DNA of 64,000 nucleotides from positions 4,456 to 68,455 of the forward strand of contig CAILAH010000038.1 in assembly GCA_903832205.1 (NCBI GenBank), in the 5' to 3' direction. The translations under genes and the position numbers were made by a program. The notes under the pieces were generated by a model, which was not told where the DNA came from, ran no database searches, and saw only the letters and a program-made list of their open reading frames with translations. This document shows positions 34,468 through 44,708 of the stretch, piece by piece; position 1 is the stretch's first letter; every line of letters starts with the position of its first letter. Source of the DNA: an uncultured Candidatus Micrarchaeota archaeon. Lineage in GTDB: Archaea > Micrarchaeota > Micrarchaeia > CAILAH01.

Positions 34468-36051
34468 ATGGATTCCGGCAAGGACGGCAAGAACAAGCGG
34501 CAGGAAGCGATTGACAGGGTTATTGATGAGGTTGTGAAATCAGAGAAGGCCGATGTTGAGAAATACAAGAGGCAATACAGCAAGGAATACGGGTTGGCTA
34601 TCTTCATCAGGAATTCAGAGCTTGTTGGCAGGGCAAGGGAGCGCAATCTCGAGCAGCTCATCCCGTTTTTGCGCAAGAGGCCCATGAGAAGCATTAGCGG
34701 CATTGTGAATCTTGCCATAATGACTGTGAGCGACTGCCCGCACGGCAGGTGCACCTACTGCCCCAAGGGTGATGGGACGCCGAATTCATATACGGGGTTT
34801 GAGCCCGCGACAATGCGCGGCATCCAGAACAAGTATAATGCCTACGACCAGATAATTTCGCGCGTAACACAGCTCACTGAGATTGGGCACCCTACCGATA
34901 AGTGCGAGGTGATTGTGCAGGGCGGCACGTTCCCCGCGCAGGAGCTTTCCTATCAGCAGCAGTTCATTCTCGACATGTACAACGCACTAAACGGAATTAA
35001 ATCAGCAACAATCCAGGAAGCCATAACAAAAAACGAGAGCGCCCCGCACAGGTGCATCGGATTGACAATTGAGACAAGGCCCGACTGGTGCTTTGAGAAG
35101 CATGTTGACGGAATGCTCGCGTTTGGAGCAACGCGTGTTGAGATTGGCGTACAGACGCTTAAGCGCGATGTTCTTGAAAAGACAAAAAGGGGGCATACGC
35201 TTGAGGACGTATGGAAATCAACACAGATAGCGAGGGATTCGCTGCTCAAGGTATGCTATCACATGATGCCCGGGCTCTATGCATCGCCGAAAGAGGACGT
35301 GGACATGTTCAGGCAGCTTTTTGAGGATGCGCACTATAAGCCGGACATGCTTAAGATCTATCCGTTCCTCGTGATGAAAGGCACGGAGATTTACAAGGAA
35401 TGGGAGGACGGGAAAATCAAGCCCTACACAAGCGAGGAAGCTGCCGATGTAATCGCGGATGCCTACAGGCACATCCCCTATTACGCCAGGGTTATGCGCG
35501 TCCAAAGGGATATTCCGGCATACCTTATTGATGACGGCGTAAAGAAGAGCAACCTGCGCGAGGCAGTTGAGATACGGCTTAGGAAAAACAAGATGCCGAT
35601 TGAAGAGATGCGCTACAGGGAAGTGGGCCATAACGTGTTGAAGGGCAAAGCGAAAATGGAGGACTTAAATCCCGAACTGCTGGTGCGCAAGTATGATGCG
35701 TCCGAAGGCGAGGAATATTTCATCAGCTTTGAGGATAAGAAAACCAATCTGCTTTTTGGATTCCTGCGCCTGCGCAATCCGGCACATCCGCATCGCAAGG
35801 AGATAACCAGTAAATCCGCAGGCATAAGGGAGCTTCATGTTTACGGCGAGCAATTGCCCCTCAGCAAGCGCAGCGACACCTCACCGCAGCATACTGGTCT
35901 CGGTAAAAGCCTGATGGACGAGGCGGAGAGGATTGCAAAAGAGGAATTCGACTCCAACAAGATCCTTGTAATTAGCGGAGTTGGTGTGAGGAATTACTAC
36001 AGAAAACTGGGATACGAATTGGACGGGCCATATATGTCAAAATTAATCTAA
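34468..36051 (+). CDS. elp3: Elp3-like radical-SAM/GNAT tRNA uridine-34 acetyltransferase
   Basis: Radical-SAM cluster CPHGRCTYCP and a C-terminal GNAT domain (LHVYGEQLPL…HTGLGKSLMDEAERIA). 527 aa. Confidence 0.8.
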   Translation: MDSGKDGKNKRQEAIDRVIDEVVKSEKADVEKYKRQYSKEYGLAIFIRNSELVGRARERNLEQLIPFLRKRPMRSISGIVNLAIMTVSDCPHGRCTYCPKGDGTPNSYTGFEPATMRGIQNKYNAYDQIISRVTQLTEIGHPTDKCEVIVQGGTFPAQELSYQQQFILDMYNALNGIKSATIQEAITKNESAPHRCIGLTIETRPDWCFEKHVDGMLAFGATRVEIGVQTLKRDVLEKTKRGHTLEDVWKSTQIARDSLLKVCYHMMPGLYASPKEDVDMFRQLFEDAHYKPDMLKIYPFLVMKGTEIYKEWEDGKIKPYTSEEAADVIADAYRHIPYYARVMRVQRDIPAYLIDDGVKKSNLREAVEIRLRKNKMPIEEMRYREVGHNVLKGKAKMEDLNPELLVRKYDASEGEEYFISFEDKKTNLLFGFLRLRNPAHPHRKEITSKSAGIRELHVYGEQLPLSKRSDTSPQHTGLGKSLMDEAERIAKEEFDSNKILVISGVGVRNYYRKLGYELDGPYMSKLI

Positions 36052-37742
36052 TGGCCCAATCGATGTTTTTTTGCTTGTAAACATTCAATAGCAGCTGTTT
36101 TAAGCCCCACAACCTTTTCACATGTTATTAGTATTTTGTTAATTGCCGCTATGAGCCCCTCAACGTCCTGATTGACATCATGCCTAAAGGATATTCTAAT
36201 ATCGAGACTAACTGGCATTCCAATAGATTCATTGTATTCCCAAGTGTCCCTAAGTTCAGGTGGAACTGATAGGCCTAATGAGTTATCAAACATGTCGTAC
36301 GCCCTCGCAATCTCGTCACACCAGTCCAAATTCTTAATGTCCGTTACATGATATTCCGTCTTATTAAATCTTATAAAAAAATTCTTTGGCAATGGCGAGG
36401 GCAGCGCCAAATATCCTGAAAGGTAACGATTCGGATTAAGCAATAACTTTTGAAAATACAATTTTACATTATCTGTTGTGCTAATAGGTTTTATGTAAAA
36501 TTCAATACCGTTATTCAATCTGATCGCAGCCTTACTGCACGCATCAAGTGACCGGCGATTCCTTTTTTCAATATGTGTGAGTATGGGTTCCATAACTCCA
36601 TTAATTATTCTATTTCTCATTTCAAGCAGCACTTCATTCCTTCTATCAATTGATATTGATTCGAGGTCCTCAAGTGCCTTGTAAAGTGAATACAACTCAG
36701 GCAATGATACTCTATATTTCGGTTTCCAAATTCTATGTGAATTATTTGGTGCAAGGGCAGTTTTGTTGCTGAATTCACCTAATATCTGTGGGTGTGATGT
36801 TAATGGAAGAAATTTTTGTGTAGTGCCCAAGACCTCATCACTTACATATGATATCCCTATGGTTGGCTCTGCGCCAAGTGTCTTAGATGAAGACATAATG
36901 CATATGTCTCCAAGTAATGGCGCATCAAAATCAATTGAGCTAAAGGTATGTGAACAGTCAACAAGCTTTATTCTAGTGCTATCATACCCTATTTTAGCAC
37001 CTAATGCATCCTCATTTATTTCTCCAGTAGTCCGATGACAGTGTTCATAAACATCAATAAATGCAGCATTTTTTGCTTCAGCTTTGCCGATTGATATTAT
37101 TGGTTCTCCAGTAGTTTTCTCCAATGGAAAGTCTGCAGTGGAGTATATAAATATCAGCGCCATATCGGACAAACGAATGCCTCCGAAAATGCGACGATCC
37201 TTTTCATTAATGGAAGACAAATTTTTTGGATTTATGCGAGTGAGTACAATACTATTACGTTTACACATTTGAGCAATGCTATTTCCAATAAGCAATGCTG
37301 ATTCACATGAATTTATTCCATAATTTTGCCGTGTGAGATTTTTGTCTCTATGTTTTCCTTTAATCAAATCCTGCCAAAAATCAATATCACTTAAAGTGGG
37401 GTATAAATCATTGCCTTGATGGGTGATTATGAGCCCGTTTTTTTTATTTTTCTCAAGCAGTGCAAGAATGTGCGGAAACGCCGCGGCCGTGGCAGATGAG
37501 GAGAGCGAGACGTTTTTCGGGTCACAATGAATCCTTTTTGCAATCTTTTCGCGGACTGCCTCGGACATCTCAATTACAAGTCTCGCAAGTTTCCTGTGCC
37601 TGCCGTCGCGCTCAAACCTCATTATCTCTTCGTTCATCAGCTTTGCGCATTTGTGGTACCTATCGGTTGCACGTACGCCAGCTGCCCAGTCAAAATACAT
37701 ATTCTCTCTTATGGCATACTTGCCATCGCCTTTCATCATCAA
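36048..37742 (-). CDS. PLP-dependent class-V-aminotransferase/cysteine-desulfurase-like N-terminal domain fused to a large uncharacterised C-terminal region; lies in a low-GC island
   Basis: SSSKTLGAEP resembles the SufS/NifS PLP-lysine box S(G/S)HKxxGP. The ORF is visibly AT-rich (about 38-40% GC against about 52% in flanks). Confidence 0.4.
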   Translation of the reverse strand: MMMKGDGKYAIRENMYFDWAAGVRATDRYHKCAKLMNEEIMRFERDGRHRKLARLVIEMSEAVREKIAKRIHCDPKNVSLSSSATAAAFPHILALLEKNKKNGLIITHQGNDLYPTLSDIDFWQDLIKGKHRDKNLTRQNYGINSCESALLIGNSIAQMCKRNSIVLTRINPKNLSSINEKDRRIFGGIRLSDMALIFIYSTADFPLEKTTGEPIISIGKAEAKNAAFIDVYEHCHRTTGEINEDALGAKIGYDSTRIKLVDCSHTFSSIDFDAPLLGDICIMSSSKTLGAEPTIGISYVSDEVLGTTQKFLPLTSHPQILGEFSNKTALAPNNSHRIWKPKYRVSLPELYSLYKALEDLESISIDRRNEVLLEMRNRIINGVMEPILTHIEKRNRRSLDACSKAAIRLNNGIEFYIKPISTTDNVKLYFQKLLLNPNRYLSGYLALPSPLPKNFFIRFNKTEYHVTDIKNLDWCDEIARAYDMFDNSLGLSVPPELRDTWEYNESIGMPVSLDIRISFRHDVNQDVEGLIAAINKILITCEKVVGLKTAAIECLQAKKHRLGH

Positions 37743-37798
37743 TGCAATTGGCGAAATTCCAGTTTTTAAACGTTATGAAAAGGGAATAAACGAAAAAA

Positions 37799-39709
37799 TC
37801 AGAGCATCTTAAGTAGCGCCTTCTTTTTTGCGGAATCGTGGAGCGCATACTCGAGCACTTCCTTGAACGTCTTAACGGGAAGTATGTGCACTTTCTTGAG
37901 CATCTCCTTGCTGAGCACCACATCGTCCTTGTTGCTGTAGGGTATGATGACCGTGCCCATGCCGGTCTCGATTGCCGCCTCGACCTTTGAGCTCACCCCG
38001 CCGACGGGAAGAACCTCCCCGCGCACGCTCAATGAGCCGGTCATTGCGATGTCCTGCCTGATTGGTATATCCTCAAGCGCGGAGAACACCGCGGTGGCAA
38101 TGCTTATGCTCGCGCTGTCGCCCTCCACGCCCTCATATGTCTGGAGGAACTGTATGTGAATGTCCTTGTTCGCCACATCGGAGCCGAGATGCTTCTTGAT
38201 GATTGCCGAGACGTTCTCAACCGCCTCCTTTGCAATCTCACCGAGCTTTCCTGTCGCTATTATGCGGTTCTCCTGCTTTGAGCTGGCAGGCGTAATCTGC
38301 GCCTCAATGGGCAGCACAATGCCTGCGCTGCCGTCGCCAATCACCGCAAGCCCGTTGACCTTTCCCACCGCAACGCCCTTGTTCGCAAACACATCGTAAT
38401 CCTTTTTGAAATCGATTATCTTTGATGCAAGCTGCTGCTCAAGCGGCGCTGCGAGAAGCCTTGCCTCCTGTATGTGCCTGGCCTCGACCAGCTTTGCCTT
38501 CTGCTCAACGGCAATATCACCGGCAGCGCGGATGAGCCCGCCCAGGTCGCGCATCTTCAATGTGAGCTTGCCCTTCCTGCCGGCCATCCTCTTTGCCGAT
38601 ATGATTATTTCCTCGACCGCATCATTTGTGAAATGCGGTATCTTGCCGTCCTTCACAACTTCCTGCGCTATGAACTGCACGAACTTTTTCCTGTTCTCCG
38701 GGGTGTCATCAATGGTGTCCTCCATGTACACCTCGTATCCGTACCCCTTTATCCTTGAGCGGAGCGCGGGATGCATCTTGGAAACATCCTGCAGGTTGCC
38801 CGCTGCAACAAGCAAAAAGTCACAGGGGACCGGGTCGGTGCGCACGAGCGCGCCCGAGCTTGTTTCGCTCTGTCCCGTAATCGGGAATTTCTTGTTTTGC
38901 ATTGCGGAGAGCAGGTCCTGCTGCGATTTTCCGCCGAGCAGCGCCATCTCATCGATGAACAAAACGCCCTTATTGGCCCTGTGTATCGCGCCAGCCTCCA
39001 CGCGAAGGTGCGCTGGAGTGCCGAGGCCGCCGCTCTGCAGCGGGTCGTGCTTCACGTCGCCGAACAGCGCGCCTGCCTTTGAGCCGGTCGCCTCATTGAA
39101 CGGCGCAGTCTCCCTTAGGCTGTTGTCAACGATAAGCTTGGGCTCAGCAGATGCGAACATGGGGCCCATGCGCTTGCTAATCTGCGATACGAAAAGCCAC
39201 GCTGCTATTATGATGAATGCGCCGAGCGTACCTGCCGCAATGAGATTGGTCGAGCCCGGGGCCGCATACTGGTAAACTAACCCGGCAACCACGGATATTG
39301 CTAATATTATGGCGAATATCTTGAGGAGCGAGAACGTGCCGCCTTCGGGCACCATCCCCATTTTCCTCTGCTCATCGATAATGCGCCTTCCCTTCCCAGG
39401 CATCTTTTTCTTAAGCTCCTCTTTTGAATCGTAAGTCCTTACTACCCTTACCTTTGGGTTGTTCTCATCGATCTTGTTCGGGTAGATGAGCACGTCCTCC
39501 AAATCCTCGGCGGGCATAATCTCGCACATCGCCTGCGCGAGCATGCTCTTGCCCGTGCCCGGAAGGCCCACAAGCAGCACGTGCCTCTTCTGGCGCCCGG
39601 CTTTCTTGATAATCTCAACGGCCTTGTCCTGCCCTATGACCTGCTCTATGAGCTTCTTGGGGACCTCAATCTCACTGGTATCTTTTTCCGTGTATTTCAA
39701 TGGGCTCAC
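37799..39709 (-). CDS. lonB: Archaeal membrane-bound Lon protease (LonB)
   Basis: Walker [13 protein letters not shown], two TM helices inserted in the AAA+ module, protease Ser box [13 protein letters not shown], catalytic Lys downstream. Confidence 0.9.
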   Translation of the reverse strand: MSPLKYTEKDTSEIEVPKKLIEQVIGQDKAVEIIKKAGRQKRHVLLVGLPGTGKSMLAQAMCEIMPAEDLEDVLIYPNKIDENNPKVRVVRTYDSKEELKKKMPGKGRRIIDEQRKMGMVPEGGTFSLLKIFAIILAISVVAGLVYQYAAPGSTNLIAAGTLGAFIIIAAWLFVSQISKRMGPMFASAEPKLIVDNSLRETAPFNEATGSKAGALFGDVKHDPLQSGGLGTPAHLRVEAGAIHRANKGVLFIDEMALLGGKSQQDLLSAMQNKKFPITGQSETSSGALVRTDPVPCDFLLVAAGNLQDVSKMHPALRSRIKGYGYEVYMEDTIDDTPENRKKFVQFIAQEVVKDGKIPHFTNDAVEEIIISAKRMAGRKGKLTLKMRDLGGLIRAAGDIAVEQKAKLVEARHIQEARLLAAPLEQQLASKIIDFKKDYDVFANKGVAVGKVNGLAVIGDGSAGIVLPIEAQITPASSKQENRIIATGKLGEIAKEAVENVSAIIKKHLGSDVANKDIHIQFLQTYEGVEGDSASISIATAVFSALEDIPIRQDIAMTGSLSVRGEVLPVGGVSSKVEAAIETGMGTVIIPYSNKDDVVLSKEMLKKVHILPVKTFKEVLEYALHDSAKKKALLKML

Positions 39710-39769
39710 CGCGAGTCAATTCAAGAACCGATTGTTTTTATATTCCAGCAGTGGGGAACCGCGTAATAG

Positions 39770-39777
39770 GTTTAAAA
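39770..39777 (+). promoter_or_regulatory. TATA-like box (TTTAAAAA) upstream of tfb
   Basis: AT-rich octamer 19-32 nt upstream of the two candidate ATGs (39796 and 39802). Confidence 0.3.
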
Positions 39778-39795
39778 ACTTTACGATTATTGTTT

Positions 39796-40770
39796 ATGCA
39801 TATGCCCAAGAAAAGCAAGGCTCCAAAAAAGAGCGTAGAAAAGGCGCAGCCTAAACTAAAAAGCCCGCAGGGATCGGTCGTATGCCCCAACTGCGGAAGC
39901 AGGCGTGTCGTGAGAGATTACGAGCGCGCTGAACAGGTTTGTGCTGACTGCGGCCTCGTTCTTGCGGAGTATCTTATTGATATGGGTGCCGAGTGGAGGG
40001 CCTACGACTCAACTGAGCTGAAGAGCAAGGCGCGCGGTGGCGCACCGCTCAAGTACATAAGGCCTGACAAGGGGCTTACTACCGAGATTGACCTCTACAA
40101 CAGGGACATCCGCGGGCTTAAAATATCCGGCAAGAAGGTGGCGCAAATATCACGAATGAGAAAATGGCACAAGAGGTCTGCCGTATCGACCTCCATCGAA
40201 AGGAACCTTATGATCGCGCTCAACGAGCTTGACAGGATTGCGTCCTATCTGGCCCTTTCCAAAGATGTGAGGGAGGACGCGGCACTGCTCTACAGGCAGG
40301 TGGCCGTGAAAGGCCTCGTCCGCGGCAGGCTCATCGAGAACGTGGTAAGCGCGGTGCTCTATGCGACCTGCAGGAAGCACCAGATACCCAGGACGCTTGA
40401 CGAGATTGCGCAGGTGTCCGGCGTTGACAGGAAGGAAATCGGCAGGACGTTCCGGTTCATCCTGCACGAGATGGACATCAAGATACCGCTCGGCGGCCCG
40501 GAGCAGCTCATCCCGCGTGTCGCAACAAGGCTGAAGCTGGGCGACAAGACGGTCGGGAAAATCAATGAGCTGTTCGAAAAGGCGATGAAAAAGGATCTGG
40601 TGATGGGACGGGGCCCCCAGGGAATTGTTGCGGCAATAGTCTACATATCATGCGAATTGTCAGGCGAAAAGAGGACGCAGAAGGACATTGCCGAAGCGCT
40701 CGGTGTTACCGAAGTCACGATCAGGAACAGGTACAAGGAAATCGCAAAGGAACTCAACGTGGACGTTTAA
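39796..40770 (+). CDS. tfb: Transcription initiation factor IIB (TFB)
   Basis: N-terminal Zn ribbon CPNCGS…CADCG, B-reader, and two cyclin-fold repeats with a C-terminal HTH (VTEVTIRNRYKEI). Confidence 0.9.
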   Translation: MHMPKKSKAPKKSVEKAQPKLKSPQGSVVCPNCGSRRVVRDYERAEQVCADCGLVLAEYLIDMGAEWRAYDSTELKSKARGGAPLKYIRPDKGLTTEIDLYNRDIRGLKISGKKVAQISRMRKWHKRSAVSTSIERNLMIALNELDRIASYLALSKDVREDAALLYRQVAVKGLVRGRLIENVVSAVLYATCRKHQIPRTLDEIAQVSGVDRKEIGRTFRFILHEMDIKIPLGGPEQLIPRVATRLKLGDKTVGKINELFEKAMKKDLVMGRGPQGIVAAIVYISCELSGEKRTQKDIAEALGVTEVTIRNRYKEIAKELNVDV

Positions 40771-40848
40771 GCACAAAGTCTTGCTAATTCTCTATTCAAT
40801 CCCATTCATCCTCAGTTATCTTTTTCGCGAATTCTTTTCGTTCCTACT

Positions 40849-41916
40849 CTACTCTTCAAGTATCTCTTTCACGCTTGCGTTTGTCCTGATTATCCAGTTC
40901 TTGTAGGAAGTTGAGACTGCCTTGAATCCCATGCTGTGCAGCCTGTCAAGCGCGTCAATTGTTTTTGGAATGGTCTTGCCCTTGAATAATGTGTGCAGCT
41001 CAAAACAGAACCCGTCAAAATTCTCGTCCTTGAGCGTGTTCAGCAGCTTGAGCTCCTCTTTCATATTTTTGTACTGCCTCTTCTCAATTTCTGCAATCAT
41101 TTTTTCTAAAAATTCAGAATCCTGCAGCAGGCCGGACCAGAATGGCCCTGTAACAATCATCCTGCTTGTGCACAGTTCGCAAGTGCTCCCATCGCCCGGC
41201 TTGATGTATTTCCTATGCTTGCATTTCTCGCAGTATGCCATGAACTTTATTTCCGCCAGGCTCTTGTCGCACAGCACGGCGCTCTTGGTTACAGCGAAGA
41301 ATACCTTCAGGTAATGCCTGTGCGATATGGATAGTATGGGCGTCACCGCAAGGTTCTTCTCAGCAAAAATGGATTGTATCCGTGCAATGAGTATTCTCAA
41401 TGCGCTCTCGTGCACAATCTCATTATGGAATGGGACGGAGCCGTACATCCTTTTGCACGCCTTCGCCTCAGCACCGCACAGCACTGCCGTATCGGTTGCA
41501 GTCACGGAAAAATGCCCCGATTTTCTCCAGGAGAATGACTCCGCAAGCGATGCGAAATAGGGCGCGGGAGTGCCGAACGGGTCAATCTCCACAAAATCAT
41601 ATTTCTTTTCCATGAGCACCCTGCGGATGTCATCGTTGATTACTGTGATGCCTTTCGCATTGTTCAGCCCAATGTTACTTTCAATGATTGCGCAGGCGCG
41701 CTTGCTCAAATCAACCGCATCAACGCTCTCAACGCAATCATTCTCCAGTATTGCCCTGAGCGCCTTTATTCCAGTTGCTGAATGGCCGTCGCAAAATTCC
41801 TTTACGCCCAGTACGCCTACCGCGGCGCTGAGCAAATCCCTGTTGAGTTCCATCTTTGGATTGTAGAATACGCCATCAGCACTTGCGATGCGCACGCTTC
41901 CTTCTGTAATCATCAT
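40849..41916 (-). CDS. trm1: tRNA (guanine26-N2)-dimethyltransferase Trm1
   Basis: Hallmark YNPKMELNRDL near the N-terminus; C-terminal Cys cluster CEKCKH…CELC. ORF trimmed from 460 to 355 aa. Confidence 0.8.
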   Translation of the reverse strand: MMITEGSVRIASADGVFYNPKMELNRDLLSAAVGVLGVKEFCDGHSATGIKALRAILENDCVESVDAVDLSKRACAIIESNIGLNNAKGITVINDDIRRVLMEKKYDFVEIDPFGTPAPYFASLAESFSWRKSGHFSVTATDTAVLCGAEAKACKRMYGSVPFHNEIVHESALRILIARIQSIFAEKNLAVTPILSISHRHYLKVFFAVTKSAVLCDKSLAEIKFMAYCEKCKHRKYIKPGDGSTCELCTSRMIVTGPFWSGLLQDSEFLEKMIAEIEKRQYKNMKEELKLLNTLKDENFDGFCFELHTLFKGKTIPKTIDALDRLHSMGFKAVSTSYKNWIIRTNASVKEILEE

Positions 41917-41977
41917 TTTGAGTTCAGATGGCACAAAGTTTAAAAGATAGTTTACGCAATTAAATACGGTTATCTTA

Positions 41978-43894
41978 ATGGCTGGCAAGGGCACCGAACC
42001 TGATGAAGAAGAATCGGAATTCAAGTCGCTCGAGTTGTTTCCGGAAGGTGGGCGCAAGCCCGGCATTATGCCTAAGAAAAAGCCAAAGGAAGAAGTAAGG
42101 CCTGAAAAAATTGTTGCTAAAAAAGCCCGTAAAGAATATCCTGAGAAAGAGCGTGTTCTTGTTTTGCCGCAACCATCCCGTGAAGGGGAAATCGAATTCA
42201 ATCCCGCTTCCGTGCCAGCCTCATCGAGCAAGAGGTATTACGATGTGTGGTTTTACGTGGACCGCACCACACCTGAGGACTGGAAGAATTTTTTCAAGAA
42301 GCTCTCGGATTTTCACACGTATGTTACGCTGTACATTACCATTAAGGGCCGCGAGGTCCATTATATTATAGAAAGCAACCGGTTCCTTGAGAATGGGAAT
42401 GCGGTTTTCCATCCCTTTAGGGTGAAGCAGACCGATGCGCCCTCAATCCCGCATGCGGGTTTTCCCGGCGTGCGCATCCTGAACCACAAGGAAGTCTTTG
42501 AGTTCGAATCGCAGGAGAACGTGAGAAAGAACCGAGCCGCAAGATTAATTGTTGTGCGTGCTTTGGTCAAGTCCCCCCTGGACCGCAATGTTGCATGGGG
42601 AAAGGTTGTCTATTCAAACGGGCAGTCCGATGCCCTGTTTATTAGTGATGTGCACAAGTTTCTGTCTTTTGACATGCACAAGATGCTTGACAAGCAGTTC
42701 GAGAAGGTAAAGACTGAGCTCAGGCACTCAGACATACGCTTCCCAACCCAGCAAAAAAGCGGCGTGTTCTTCAGGAAGGAGGACATCGAGTTCGGAATTG
42801 AGGATTTCGATTTTTACAGGCACGGGCTGCTCGTGGGCCAGACAGGCTCGGGAAAGAGCAAGCTTCTCGAGCTTTACCTGCGCGGCCTCATTAATTGCGG
42901 CTACACAAAAGAGTACTCCGTGATTTTTCTTGATCCACATTTCAACATCTACAACAGCAATAAGTATGCGGGAAGCAAGCAGGTTGATTTCAGGAAAGAG
43001 GCAGTCGAGCTTTTCGCAAACGTGGGTGAGCCGCCCGCAGCGACCGAACTCACGCAGATACTATTCTCCTCATTCCTAGACCTGGATAATAATCCGCAGA
43101 TGTCACGGCTGCTTAAGCATTCATTATTCCTGCTGTTCTCCATACGGAAGATGAGCTTTGAGAATCTGAACCTTCTCTTGACAGACACGATGGCGCGCAA
43201 GGAATTCCTGAAGCATTGCGACAACCCGGTTATCAAGAAATTCTTTGATACGGAATTCCTCGAGTTCCAGACACAGAAGTACGAATCTACGATACTGCCC
43301 ATCGTCAATCTCATTAACGAGTACTCGCTTCTCAGCGCCAGCATAAATGAGGCGGACCAGCACAGGCTCGTGAGCCTCATCAACAAGCACAATGTAATTT
43401 TCCTTTCCCCGAACCCGTCGGAGCTCGGGAGGAACATGGTCAAGCTTATAGGCGGTGCGCTGGTGCAGCAGATATTCATGCTCATGCAGAGCGGCATGGT
43501 AAAGAAGAAGGTGATACTCGTGATTGACGAGTTCTCGCTTGTCCAAAACCCGGCCTTTGCGCAGATACTTGCAGAGGCGAGAAAGTTCGGGCTTACGATT
43601 ATCATGTCCCAGCAGTATCTGGGCCAGGTGGACCTGGAGCTTCTCCAGTCTATGCAGGCCAATGTCTCGAACCTTTTTTGCTTCAAGCTGAACCGCGCAG
43701 ATGCGGAAGTGGTCAAGCGCATGATGACGCTTGAGATAAGCGCGGTCTTTGAGAGCGGCAAGCAGTTTGCCGAGATTGAGGAGAAGAAGATTGAGCTCCT
43801 TACGGAGAGCAATCCCCGCGAGTGCATATTCCGCGTGGTGCAGGATGGCAATTACATGCGGCCCATGAAGGCCGGCACGGTGGATATCGATTAG
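41978..43894 (+). CDS. FtsK/HerA-superfamily P-loop ATPase (DUF87-like) with basic/acidic disordered N-terminus
   Basis: Walker A LLVGQTGSGKSKL; Walker B VILVIDEFSLV; downstream LTIIMSQQ (sensor/arginine-finger region). 638 aa. Confidence 0.55.
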   Translation: MAGKGTEPDEEESEFKSLELFPEGGRKPGIMPKKKPKEEVRPEKIVAKKARKEYPEKERVLVLPQPSREGEIEFNPASVPASSSKRYYDVWFYVDRTTPEDWKNFFKKLSDFHTYVTLYITIKGREVHYIIESNRFLENGNAVFHPFRVKQTDAPSIPHAGFPGVRILNHKEVFEFESQENVRKNRAARLIVVRALVKSPLDRNVAWGKVVYSNGQSDALFISDVHKFLSFDMHKMLDKQFEKVKTELRHSDIRFPTQQKSGVFFRKEDIEFGIEDFDFYRHGLLVGQTGSGKSKLLELYLRGLINCGYTKEYSVIFLDPHFNIYNSNKYAGSKQVDFRKEAVELFANVGEPPAATELTQILFSSFLDLDNNPQMSRLLKHSLFLLFSIRKMSFENLNLLLTDTMARKEFLKHCDNPVIKKFFDTEFLEFQTQKYESTILPIVNLINEYSLLSASINEADQHRLVSLINKHNVIFLSPNPSELGRNMVKLIGGALVQQIFMLMQSGMVKKKVILVIDEFSLVQNPAFAQILAEARKFGLTIIMSQQYLGQVDLELLQSMQANVSNLFCFKLNRADAEVVKRMMTLEISAVFESGKQFAEIEEKKIELLTESNPRECIFRVVQDGNYMRPMKAGTVDID

Positions 43895-43897
43895 GGT

Positions 43898-44620
43898 GTG
43901 ATGCTTATGGATGAGAATGAGACTTTCAGGGCGGTGTGCAAGGAGATATTCGGCCAGGATATTGGCCTCTCCCTAGAGGAGGGAGAAAAGGTGTTTGCAC
44001 AGGGGATACTCCTTCCTCCAAAGAGAAAAACCATTAGCGGTGAGACCGTTTACACCAATTATGATGCTGGTAAGTACGTGGATTTCAAGAATATCGAGAT
44101 GTCCATAAGGGAGGACACGCTTATGCGGAAGACCGCTGAGATAAAATCCCTGGAAGACCTGGAGCGCTTCTACCGCCAGGTTGATACGTTCCTTGCCAAC
44201 AAGACTATCAATAGCAAAGACTGCAGGATGTCGGACAGCGTGCTGGGAAGCATGAACGTTTATCACTCGCTGCAGGTGCGCTCATGCAAGTTCGTTGGAT
44301 TCTCACAGGAGCTTCAGGGATGCGAATATACCTACGGCTCGAAGTCAATGGCCGATTCCTCATTCTGCATCCGCTGCCAGGACAGCAAGCTGGTCAACAA
44401 CTGCTTTGAGGTCAGCTGGAGCGGGAAATGCTCGAACTGCCTATACTGCCACGACTGCTTTGATTTGAGAGACTGCATGTTCTGCTTTCATATTGTGTCA
44501 AAGCAGTACTGCATTGCTAACAGGCAGTACACGAAAGAGGAGTATTTCAGGATAAAAAAGAAGGTCGTGGCGCACCTTCTCAAGAACAAGTTCAAGATGA
44601 ATTTCTTCCCAGTGCTTTAA
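43898..44620 (+). CDS. Cys-rich protein (13 Cys in the C-terminal 100 aa) translationally coupled to the upstream ATPase
   Basis: Start lies 4 nt after the ATPase stop. C-terminal half has repeated CxxC/CxC units (FCIRCQDS…CSNCLYCHDCFDLRDCMFCFH). Confidence 0.45.
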   Translation: MMLMDENETFRAVCKEIFGQDIGLSLEEGEKVFAQGILLPPKRKTISGETVYTNYDAGKYVDFKNIEMSIREDTLMRKTAEIKSLEDLERFYRQVDTFLANKTINSKDCRMSDSVLGSMNVYHSLQVRSCKFVGFSQELQGCEYTYGSKSMADSSFCIRCQDSKLVNNCFEVSWSGKCSNCLYCHDCFDLRDCMFCFHIVSKQYCIANRQYTKEEYFRIKKKVVAHLLKNKFKMNFFPVL

Positions 44621-44708
44621 TGCCAATGCATACGCGGCTTTTCGTTCATTACACTAACGGTAACGCGCCTCTTTTAAGAATATAATGGTATGCTGCGATA
44701 CATAATCA

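Noticed and set aside
38406-39275. 289-aa plus-strand ORF
   Set aside because: Antisense to LonB; Ser/Cys/Ala-rich composition without motifs.
41917-42231. N-terminal 105 aa of track ORF 40849-42231
   Set aside because: Trm1 homology (YNPKMELNRDL) starts right after Met at 41916. The upstream part is Ser/Gly-rich and overlaps the divergent ATPase gene.
42949-43851. 300-aa minus-strand ORF
   Set aside because: Antisense to the FtsK/HerA-like ATPase, which carries clear Walker motifs.
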